Assembly (NCBI GenBank): GCA_973895155.1
Contig: OZ316891.1
Location: 15,283,037-15,347,036, forward strand
DNA length: 64,000 nucleotides
Direction of reading: 5' to 3'
Origin: Marsupella aquatica
Lineage: Eukaryota > Plantae > Marchantiophyta
The notes under the pieces are model-generated. The model did not search any database and was not told where the DNA came from. It saw only the letters and a list, made by a program, of their open reading frames with translations. The translations under genes were made by a program, and so were the position numbers. Below are positions 37,158 through 48,136 of this stretch, piece after piece; positions within the stretch are counted from its first letter, which is position 1, and each line of letters opens with the position of its first letter.

Positions 37158-40100
37158 ATGTCAGGAACTTCTGTGTTACAACTTTTGCACTTGGAGGCTC
37201 TCCTTGATTCTTTCAAGTCATCCACGCCTGTGCCAATGTTGGATCCTTTTTTACAGGGCGGGACCGCCTATATGAAGACTGGAATAGACACAGAGCACTT
37301 GAAATCATTGGACGTCATAGACACAGTGCACATTTCGACAGCAAATGATGTGGAACCGGATGCACTTGATGTTGTCCTGGACCATCTACGCGGACTCACT
37401 CTCCAGGATTACGAGGAACAGTTTCATAATGAGTATGTGCCACCGATACGCAAAAGTCATTCCGAATATTTGAAATGTGACCGGATTCAGATTCCGCACG
37501 CAGGTGAATTTGAACTTAATGCTCTTGATTGGTTTGGATCAAAATCCGATTATGCTTGGATTCCAGAGGGAAGGCTTAAAGATTTCATTTGGGGCGAGAA
37601 TATGCGGGACAATTTCCACACACAATTCACTACTCGGCAGTTGGTAGAGAATCGGATATACAAGACAGGTCCGCTGGTGAAGACAACTACCCTATATTGT
37701 TGTTGTTTTGGTCCTGAAGATTACCGAGGTTGGAAAAGTTCAAAGGTACCAGACAAACTGAAATGCAAGGATACTGGCGTGTTTTTGAAGAGGAAAACAA
37801 TTACAGGTGAAGTTGTCTTATTTGCACTCGCTCCTTGTTTGCGAACAGTCCAACTGTGCATGAATTGAATTTATTTGCAAAGTCCCACTCACGCTTGGCA
37901 TGGGCTGCTGCAGGAATGTCGGTACGTCGTGGTTGTCGATGCTCGTTTACCTCCACAAAATATGAGGACCGGCTTGGGGCTGTATTGATAAAATGGATCC
38001 AAAAAGATCATTTGGACAAGCTTGGTAACATTTGCCATGGCCTCAAAGACCCCATAGCCTCTGAAGCAAATGCACATATTGCTCCAAGAATCTCATTGAA
38101 GCTCAGGACCAAAATCGAACGATACCTGAGGGCTGGGTTGACTGCCAAGGCAATTGTTGATGCACATTTCGAGGAAATTCTTACCAGGTGGCGTAAGGAT
38201 CACCCGGATGAGGATGCTGACGTCATCATGTCCAGAGACATGCAGCTAACTCCTAGGGACGTGCAAACTGTCAGGGATTCTATGAGACGACGTCAACCAG
38301 ACTATTTCTCGGATGAAGCACAAGCCACTAAACTCTGGGTTCTTCAGAATGAAGACCAAGTTTTGTTGTATCAATCGCAGGTGAAAGTGAACAACCAGCC
38401 TTTTATTCTTGTGTGGTCATCCCATTGGCAGCAAAAGAAGCTAGCACAACTTGGTCATCACGGGCCAGTAGCATTCGATGCCACTTTTGGCACCAATCAC
38501 CTTGGGGTAAGTACTAAATTGTTTGGCGTGTTTGATACCCTGTTGCATCTGTTATATGAAATTTACGTTCCTTCTGAGCACTGCAATTTTCTGTTGTAAT
38601 TTCAGTTTCCATTTTACACAGTTGTCGTCTTCGACAAATTCCAAAATGCCATTCCCGTAGCATTTGCGGTTTTGCAATCATACAAAGCAGTACATGTGGC
38701 CCAAGCCTTGAATGCCATGAAGGATTGTGTGGATGCGCGGAGGGCAGAAATGAATCTCAACCTCCCTTGGACGCCCAATTGTTGGATCATTGATGTAGCT
38801 GACGAGGAGCAGTTAGCAATCAGGTATGGGTCGTATTACACTGCTGCACATGAATTGGAAGTAGCACGCTTGAAGAGAAGTTGGAATCATGTGTTTTGTA
38901 TGATAACGTTTTTCAGACAGGTATTCCCAAACGTGCATATTACATTCTGCACATGGCACGTTCGAAGGGCCTGGACCAAGAACATCATCTCCAAAGTGTG
39001 TTGCCCATTTGCCAAGGCCCAGATCAATGCTGATTTGGGGACAATCATGTATCCAAATGGCTCCGGTGAGTGCCATTCATTATTTATTATTCCACTGCGC
39101 ATCGATTTCATATGAACTATTCTTAATAAGTCCCTCCATAATGCACAAAACCTAACCTTACTCCATGTCCGGTGCAGACCTCAGTGACGAGTCCGAAGCC
39201 TTTATGGATCGATGGGTTGACAGTCAACCAGGATTTGTGGCTTACTACAGAAGAGAATGGCACAACAAAGTCGCCAGTTGGGCTGTCCAGTTACGAGGCT
39301 ACAATCACGCAAACCAGAACACGAACGGTGGCATTGAGCGGTGGCATCACACCCTGAAGATGGAGTTAAAGGCAGGGAGGTACACTATTACAGGACGCTC
39401 CATCCCCTGGCTACTTGGGGTGTTAAAGTGCTTGAGAACCATTACTAGTGCATGTGTGCAGATAAATTCCAGGGCCGCATTAGGAATAGGACCATTGAAG
39501 GCCATGTACACAAGTCACTCACCAGGGCCAAGGCAATCCCAGATGACTATGTCCAAACATTCAAATGTGGTTCTGCCAGATGTGCCTCGGTTCGCAGCAC
39601 GTCAGCACAGAATTTCTGCCTGGGCCCAAAGGAGCATGTTGTCACTGACTGGGACAAGGACATATGCTCTTGTACATGTGGGTACTCCCTTCAGAGGAAT
39701 GCATGCAAGCATCAGGTACAAACTGCACAAGCCATCATTTTTTGCATCATCCCGCTAGCCTTTCCATGCACCATTTCATCCTGTATGATGTGCTACAGAT
39801 CAAAGTGTTGCTGTTCACAGAGAAGATGTTTGAGCTGGAAATTTTGCATCAGCTCGGCACAAAAATGGGTTCGTTTTCGGGTGGACTAGACCACCATTTC
39901 AATATTAGTAAAGGACTTTGTCCACAATTGCCCACAGAGGTAGGCAACATCACTTTGACGTTTGACAATGAGGATATTTGGGAGGAACGGAATGGTGATG
40001 TTTCGCAGTGTATTGAAGTGTCACCACCATTGGAGGAGTTCAGAGTACTTGTGAAGGAATGTTACGACCAAATTTCCTACCACCCAACCCTTGCTAAGAC

Positions 40101-40800
40101 CGCTTTGATAGAGTTAAAGCAATGGATGGAGTCCATTTTGAGGAGGGAAGCACAACAAATTGTGGGTAGGCTACAGCGGGACACGGGTCCTGAGACACTC
40201 ATTCCGACTGAAGGTTCCGATCAAACTACAGTGAGGAAAGAAGGGTGGGTGGACAAAATGATGGGTGCAAAAGCGAAACGACAGCGCAAAGTAAAGGGCC
40301 CGGGTCACAACAACAAAGAAAACCAGGCCCCGTATCCGGTAGGGGACTTGCACAATTTAGTATGTGGACCACATGCGCCAGAGAAACTGCACATAAAAAC
40401 TAAGGGGCAACAACCATCATTCCAGGCCAAATTTGAGAAGGAGTCCATAGACGCGCTCGCAAACATGTGCCAAGCGTTGTCAGACCAAACACATGTGGAT
40501 AAAGGCACTGCAACACCTTCCGCGATGCGCAGACGCAAATGCACCATTTCCACAACGTCCAACACAGGGAAGAAGATCAAAAATAGAGCAGCCGCTCCAG
40601 CTCAAGTGGACGATGTACTCACCCAGTGCTCTAAGTCAAGCATGCTGAATGGGCCTCTTAGCCAGGCAATAGTGGCGTTGATCGGAGATATCCACATCGG
40701 GTCTAGCCAGGCCTGGGCAATGTCTCCTAACTTCTCAGAGATTTTACGAGCTTTCTCGGCAGGAGTGTCATCCACCGTAGACCGCTCCACGGAAGTCTAA
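37158..40800 (+). pseudogene. MULE transposase (DDE + SWIM zinc finger); exons 37158-37806, 37914-38506, 38606-38823, 38917-39065, 39178-39715, 39799-40800; disrupted
   Basis: FDATFGTN (D1), WIIDVADEE (D2), FCTWHVRRAW (CxxH), NTNGGIERWHHTLK (E) and CSCTCGYSLQRNACKHQ (SWIM). All introns are GT-AG with matching phase. Frameshift near 39425 and TAG at 39446-39448. Confidence 0.9.
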
Positions 40801-41629
40801 CAACATGTAGTATCCATTGCTGGAGATTAGTGACAAGCCCATGAATAATTCACTATCATGAATAATAAAACACTTGCGAATAGTATTTGCGTGCTTGTAG
40901 TATTTGCGTGCTTGTAGTATTTGTGTGAATGATATGGATGTTTGCACTCCAATACTAGACACACTACTCAGCCAAAGGGTCAATTCACGGCGGACCCTTT
41001 GGCGCGCCAATCCACAATTACAGGAATCATTTTAATAATTCACCATTCGATCATAACACGAGTGCCCATGCGCCAAAATATAATGAATGAATGAATGATG
41101 GCCACGTACTCCAAAGCAAATCTGAAAGTAGTGCAAAATCATTCGTCATTTATGAAATTAAACCATTCTCATTATTAAAAACGTGTTGCAAACACGTAGA
41201 TGGTACTGTGTATATATTGTAATAGTGAATGAACAATAGTCTTTCAAAATTCGTTCTTTTCGACATAAAAATAAATAAAAAATATGTCCATCCATTTAAT
41301 CTTCTTCATCTTTCGATGTGAGATACATACTAATAACGCTATCCCGTGCAGAGAAGCGAGAGGTTCATGGCCGCCGACCTCTCCGGTGGGTGGTCCCCGT
41401 TACCTTGTACTAGCATCGTACCCTACATAACCACTCCGGTGCATGTATGGAGCTGGTCTGCTATAAACTCCCCGGCCAACCGACTGTATTGGAAGCAAAA
41501 ATATATGGCAGCATGCAACCCATCATTTGCGCATATATGAAAACGCTGCATATATAAGTGGCCCTACTCCAAATTCAATGCCCCTACACACGATTTGGAA
41601 TTTTTGCTGTGGCCGCGCTAGGAAACTAG

Positions 41630-44239
41630 TCACTCACTATCTAAATTCTCGACCATTTTTTGAACCTCACTGCACTGGGCAGCCGCTGCTATAATTTGTT
41701 CCATGAGGTCACTCATTGGTGTCGCCACACTCTTTGGAACACTCTTTGGAACTTGCTGTTCTTTCTTGGAACCAATATCAGGAGGATTGTCCAGGGTGAC
41801 CTTCATTTCTGGTACAGTTGGAGTTGTACCCGCTTTGGGGACTGCTTCATTATCATTTGATGCTGTGTCCAACTGTGCATGCACAAAAGAATCCCGGGCA
41901 CCTGATATTGGCTGAAGTAGCACTACTGGTGCATCTGACTTTGGTGCCAATGTTGTCACTGGTATATCGTGCTGCTCTAGAACATTGGCTGCCGGTAAAT
42001 GTCCAAACAGGTCTTCAGCATCTGCATCAAGGCAAAGTTGTTCGAGTTTCTCTTCAGCATCGGACTCGGACATGAGGTCCTGGTCTGATGTGTCCGTCCA
42101 CACTGACTCCAACTCAACCTATACAATGTCATTTCAGACACAAATGTTATTCTCAACCAAGAATGATTCCATAATGTAACAAGATTGCAGCGCACGTACG
42201 TCAAGTGAATGGTACATTACCTACTTCAATGCTTCCTCATCTGTACATGAGTTAATTGACTTGTACATGGCAACAATGCTGGGTTTGTAAGTGTCAATAG
42301 CCTTTTGCTTACGGTTTGCCTTCCATAGCTTGTACTCATTTTCGCCCATGGTCTAATAGCGTGGCCAGCCGTGTTCTTCCTCCCATAATAGAGAGTCTCA
42401 TTTTTGACGCATCCAATTCATAGCATCTTTGCAGAGCATTTTGCGTATGACTGCCATGCCATCATGCACTTCAATGGCATCAAATTCGCCTTCCAATGGC
42501 TGAAAGAAAGTGGACAGCACCGAAGCACTTCTGGTCATGCGCTGAACATCAAAATCGTGTAAATGTGCATATCCACCATGTTGTATGTCAGCAAAGGCGC
42601 GCTGGACCCAGGAACAAACATACCTTGTGTGTGGGCATTGGGAAACCATGGCCTGCAAGCAAGCCCAATCGCAATCATTGATCAGGCTGTCCCATGCGGA
42701 AAAGCCAATTCTAGGCATCATATATGTGAAGAAGAGAATGAAAACATTCTCTGCTGGAACAACGGGCTGGGGAATTCGTGATCGGTTCTCTTCAAATTTA
42801 GTCACAAACTTGCGTTGTGTTGACGACCTGCATGACATGTAATCACTTTAGTCATTGAGTACGGGACATAACTGAAAAGAGAGGGATTTTGGCACGATAT
42901 GGAACGATGTGCTGTAATACTCACTTCACCCGTCTTTTTGCCATGCTCCATCGTTGTCACAACGTACCCCTTACATTGTAGTAATTGGGGGAAGGTTCTG
43001 CCCCTGGCTGCTTCCTTCGAGCTGCATTCCTTGCCTCACGTTGGCGTTGTGCAACTGGGTCCTTTGTGTACAGGGATGGTGGGTTACCGCCACTGATGAG
43101 GCCGTGCTTCTTGAAAACATGGCACCCATAGGTTTGCTGGGTCTTAAAAACCACATTCTTGCAGGGCAACATCTTACACACAGCTCTGGACCCATATACA
43201 AAATAATGAACTCCCTCCTTAGCATGGCTTTTGCCGTGTAACTCCTGTAAGTCATTGGACGTTCAGAATGAAAGGCCCATGCATGTATAAGTGAAGAATA
43301 TAGTGAGTAACAAGCAGAGTTGTGGGGCAATGTAATTGCTCTTACCGACTTGCAGTGGGAACAAGGCTCGGGTAACGCTGCACATTTGTAGAAATCAGCT
43401 GGCCTGGGCATGTACTTCCCCTTCACAGACAACTGGTCTGAGCCCCGGTCTGAGCGCCTACGTGTCTGCGGGGCAACTTCATCATCATTGTCCGCCTGAT
43501 TGCCTGAATGTTCGCTACATTCAGGTACAACCCTTTGGTTGTCGTGAACTTTGCCTCGGTTGCTCTCTATATTGGACCCCTACCTTTGCTTTACGTGGAG
43601 TGAACCTGGTGTGAGGTGGCAACTCAACTTGACCACCGTTGGATTTTCTTTTTTGCCCACTTGCAGGAGGGACAGCACCGGAGGGACTCGGCAATGTTGC
43701 AATCATGACCACATCACCATCGTCATCGTCTTTGGAGTCAGAGTGTTCGGTGGCTTCGGGTAGCGGCAGTATGTTTTGGTGCACGGGGCCACTTTGAATT
43801 GGCAAATGGGGCTCCTGGGTGGATGGTGCGCTGGCTACAATGCCTGGCTGACGGGGTGCGCTTGGTACAACGCTGGCCGGTGCTGGCAAAGCAAGAACCA
43901 TCAGGTGTGGCTCAGGCAAGGCAGGAGTGTCCAAGTCATTACCGTCAATGACAGTTGGGACCGAGGTTGAAGTGGGACATCTCCACATAGCCAATCTTTG
44001 GTTAGCAGCCTGACAGTGAAAACCGAGAAGAGAGTGAAAATGAAAATTACAATAAGGTGAATTGAACTGATGGACAATATAACGTGCCGGAAGTGTCATA
44101 CTTAATTAGAGGAATACAGGAACAGTAGCCTGGATCTATAATATTAAGTACCCGAATTAGCATTTGAAAGACAAATTGTAATCCGTAATGTGGCGAGCCA
44201 AGTACCTGCTTCTTTGTTCGGTGCATTTTTCCCTAACAC
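41630..44239 (-). pseudogene. MULE accessory gene B: spliced protein with Pro-rich N-terminus, Cys/His zinc-binding motifs, an unrecognised globular domain and an acidic tail; disrupted
   Basis: Exon-like blocks bounded by AG/GT at ~44239-44205, ~44009-43346, ~43244-42925, ~42827-42222 and ~42118-41630. Motifs CAALPEPCSHCKS|ELHGKSH and CKMLPCKNVVFKTQQTYGCHVFKKH. Frameshift near 43530 and TGA at 42957-42959. Boundaries are approximate. Confidence 0.6.
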
Positions 44240-44670
44240 CTGCATGACAGATTGTGCAATCATAGCACACACTTAGTAAAATGGAGGGGAATGTCAGTGA
44301 AGGAGTAACAGTACAGACTTCTGCAATTTTTATTCAATTTTTGCATGTAGTCCTACATTTACTAATATACAGAACAACGCAATTAAAAGAGACTTTGGGA
44401 TAATTGGATCATGGCTTCGTGATATTCAAGTGGAAGGCATATGATGACAATGGAGGCATGCAAAGAAACAAGTGGATAAAATAAACATTGGACAGTACGC
44501 AGGACACAGTGTTTGAAATAAATAACTTTGCTTCCATCCGCATACATATTGGCCAGGCACTCTCACATCGAGTGGAAATTGAGGAACCTGCCACTTTGAA
44601 AGTTGCAGGGCACAAAAAAGTAATATCTCCAAAAAACACTAAGCACCCTAAACCTGCACTGAGTCTACAT

Positions 44671-45552
44671 CTACCGGCTGCGCCCAGAGTACACATCCAA
44701 TGATGAACTAAACACTTCTGCAAGGCGTTGGACAATGGATGACATCGTGCCCTGGGCTCCTGAATCGTCCACATTGTCATCAGCTTCCTCTTGTAGCAGG
44801 ACTGACCCATCTCCTGTGGTTGATGTAGGTGTGGTGTAAGACGTTGTCGGGGATTCGCTTATAGGTGAGTGTGCACTGACCATGGAGGGGTTATCGCGCA
44901 TTGTTGTAGGGGATGCATGTACAATTCTTGAAGCAACAGGATCAACGTTGCAGCCATCGATAGCGCTTTGACACGGGAGGTGTGCTCGGGAGCTCTGAGG
45001 TGTTCGTTGTTGCGTAGGGGTTCATGTTTGGGTCCATAGACGGGACTGCGGCAAGGTACTATTTGAAGCAACAACGTCCAACTCATTCACAGTCAATATA
45101 CCGCGATTAATCCGGAACATGACATTGCAAAGGGGCGCATCCTTCACCGAATCATGGATCAGTTGGAATTGATCAATTGGATCCATACAAGCTAAAGCAC
45201 GAGCGGAGAGGCCCAACAAATTTTGTGCAGCATCCCATATAGCGGCCGTCAAAGCTGGCTTCCCATAATTAGACTCCCGCATCCCGTCCGATAACAGCAA
45301 CTCAAAATGAAAGAACTTGGTGTACAATCCATTCTACAATGCATCATGCTCGCAATGCTTATTTTGAGGCCCTTCTGTTGAAACCTTGCACAGCCCTCTT
45401 GGAATCTTCTCTGTACAGCCTCGATAGAGGAATTTCTTGGGAAATGGATTCGTGGCAATGAAGTTAAAAACCACGACACTGCATGGACCTATATACCCTG
45501 TGTCCTCTCTCATGAAGGCTGCTTGTACATCAAAGAGAGTTGGCATCAACAT
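44671..45552 (-). pseudogene. MULE accessory gene A: RPA70 C-terminal (DBD-C)-like OB fold with zinc-ribbon remnant and S/T/P-rich tail; disrupted
   Basis: FLYRGCTEKIPRGLCKVSTEGPQNKHCEH...YTKFFHFELLLSDG...LTAAIWDAAQNLLGLSARAL resembles the RPA1 DBD-C pattern (Y.AC...C..K.....C..C...Y.l.l.isD.t....t.F...ae.llG.sA..L). In-frame TAG at 45334-45336 and frameshifts near 45040-44960. Confidence 0.65.
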
Positions 45553-45907
45553 TGAGTTTGTCTTACCGTCGTGAATTGCTTCGCAGTGCTTTTAATCCTT
45601 CGTATGGGACTCACAAATGCACACTATATTCTGCTCTCTGCAAAACTGGAACAACATTATGAATAAACCTCGCTTGGACCTAAACCTCAAATTCAAAGGG
45701 CTTCATTTTGAGTGAATGGTCGATGTTGCACACACTAACCTCAAGCGCACAAAGCTCGATTGCTGATTGCCAAAACGCAAAGTGGCAGAGTATGCAATAG
45801 GTCACACACTATCGTCGCAAAAAAGTAGCGCGGGAAGGAAGGTTCTAGATGCAAGGTCCTCGGGTATCGCAGACCTTCACGTCGTACCCCTCCAGTATGA
45901 AGTTCAC

Positions 45908-46216
45908 TCACACTGGATACGGGGATGGCCGGGGAGGTAAAATCGTTCGCGACCTGAGAGATTCAAGAGGGAGCGGGTTATGGCCGGTATGGGTAGGGCG
46001 GGCCTGGGAGGGGCGGCCAGCAATAGGGACAGGGCAGTGCAAGCTTTGGGGACAGGTGGGGTAGTGCGGTGGTCGTTCGAGGGACACCCTGCCCGTCTAT
46101 TGTACGGACTGCCCTAAACACTAAACTCCTGTAAGCGCGACCCAATTACCGTAAATCCCTGTAAACGCTCCCTCACCCCTCATTAATGTGCATCGATATT
46201 TGGAATCGCCGTGAAT
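45908..46216 (-). repeat. Right TIR (309 bp)
   Basis: Reverse complement of 36550-36858. Confidence 0.96.
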
Positions 46217-46962
46217 GTTTCTCTGCTCTAGCCACCAAAGTGGATGTCCCTCTTGCCGGAACTTGAGTGTCCACATGGACACCTTTCTTTTCCTTCCACC
46301 ACATGGCATCCGCAATGAGGCTGGCAACCCGACACTGTGGGTCTCGCTCGCTCCCACTGTAGTATGGGAGTGCGTGGATGACCCAGGATCTCTGGGAAGA
46401 CTCACTCAACTGGGAGTTTCCAAGCTGGGTCATTAGTGAAAGTTAGGGAGTTGTGGTATATTCCATAAATGTGGGGTAATTATAACGCGAGCAAAAGGTA
46501 CAAATTTTTCTCGCACGAGCAAACAAATTTCCTGCATGACCCCTATTTTTCTACATGCAACTGCCTCGCTATCAACTACCTGGTTGGTAACATCCCTTTT
46601 GGGGACTCCCTTTTTGCTAGCAAGCTCACTAACCATCTGGACTCTTTAAAAAACACAAAAAATGTAGAAGGCACCAAAAAGCGACTGAAATTTGGAATCA
46701 TTATTGTCTCGCTATCAAAATCTCCTGTTTGCTTGCAACATAGAATACCTCATAAATGTGGTTACGGGATTCAGTTATAGAATTTTTTAAATGGGGGAAG
46801 TAGCATTAACCTGCCCCATAAGGCAGGATTTGCAAGACAGAGAGACCGAGAAGCGCCTGCCCTCCCTATCATGAACCAGGTACCTTCACTTTGGGCCTTG
46901 CCTTGGATTGATTAACTCATCCTAGTTCGGTACAAGTGATCAACATTCTTTGACACTAGGAC
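46217..46962. repeat. Copy B (right part) of the non-coding duplication
   Basis: 46217-46400 matches ~14953-15165 and 46830-46962 matches ~15250-15395. Confidence 0.8.
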
Positions 46963-47297
46963 AGTTATCATTTAGCCAACTTGGGCAGTGTCATTCAAGG
47001 GGTTTACAACCATAGTTCCTGAGTGCTCGTGAATTAACTAGCACAATTCCCAAGTGTAGTTTGGCTCTAGTTTTGACCTGAAAATTGTGCCTGAAAGTGT
47101 ATAATCCTGGCTGCATGCTAGCCAAGGGGGTCAAAATGTCATAAGCCTGGTCCATATTTAGGCTGAGGTTATGGCTCATATTTAGCCATGGAAATACAAA
47201 GAGTAAATTGCAGGAGGCTATTTGTTTCACATCCAACCACAATTTTGTTTCGTTGCCAAACGTGTCATGAAGGGTATAACAAATATACCTTGTCTCC

Positions 47298-47470
47298 ACA
47301 GCTAACTCATGTAACGCCATTGAGCCAGCCCATCCGAACAGTACCAATGCGGTATGCATCAAACGACTGAGATGATTTAGAACAACAGTATGAGCACGAT
47401 ACCAAGGAAGACCCATACAATACCCCTTTCTGATGATTAAACCCTATGCAACTTTTTCTTGCCTCAAAAA
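47298..47470 (-). pseudogene. psbB: Nuclear plastid DNA insertion (NUPT): 5' end of psbB (CP47) with its leader
   Basis: From ATG at 47416: [40 protein letters not shown], versus the CP47 N-terminus [48 protein letters not shown] lies just upstream; similarity stops after about 40 codons. Confidence 0.9.
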
Positions 47471-48136
47471 TTGCTATTAGTTGTGAGAAACCCCTCCAAA
47501 CATCCCTGCAGTCCCTAATTTTCATGTGGTTGTGTATATGACATTGCCAAAGGAAAAGGCCAAACCTAGAGACATGATCCAAAAGGAAACGCCCAATAGA
47601 GGGAGAGGACCGGAAAAGGCCCCAAGAAGACCATAGAGGCCCACCAAGCCCAGGATTCCCCCACAGCCACTGTACAAGGGAACAAAAAAACAAAGAACCC
47701 ACTAAGTATCTGAGTAGACTAAGACCCTACTGGATTAGAAAACAAAAAGTGGCAATGAGGTACATCTTACTACAAACCTTGGGAAGGGGCACGAAGTCCT
47801 TCGGAAGGGAAAGAAGAGCCTGGAATGTACTAGACTCTGGCTTCTTCTTCTACATTTCTACTAGAGCCCCCGTTCCCCGCTGTCTGTCTTGCGTTCGAAG
47901 TCTCTACTCTACTACAGGTCGCAAGTTGATATAGAACGGTACCCAGCAAAGGATTGCACAGTGGTTTCTTCGTCGAACCAAATTGATTTGGATCTGCTCC
48001 AGGCATTGCGCGAGCAGAAGAGGTACTGAGTGCAAGACCGTGTTGTAATTTGCGAGCCACTCGCTGCGGAGGATTTCGAGGGTGGAGCTGTGACTGTCTG
48101 TCTGTGCGGTTGTTTTGTTTGCTTGAACTCGAGAAT

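Larger units (their letters stand above)
36550..46216 (+). mobile_element. Mutator-like DNA transposon (MULE), 9667 bp, long TIRs, 8-bp TSD, transposase plus two accessory genes
   Basis: 309-bp inverted repeats at 36550-36858 and 45908-46216; TSD GTTTCTCT at 36542-36549 and 46217-46224; MULE DDE plus SWIM transposase inside. Confidence 0.95.
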
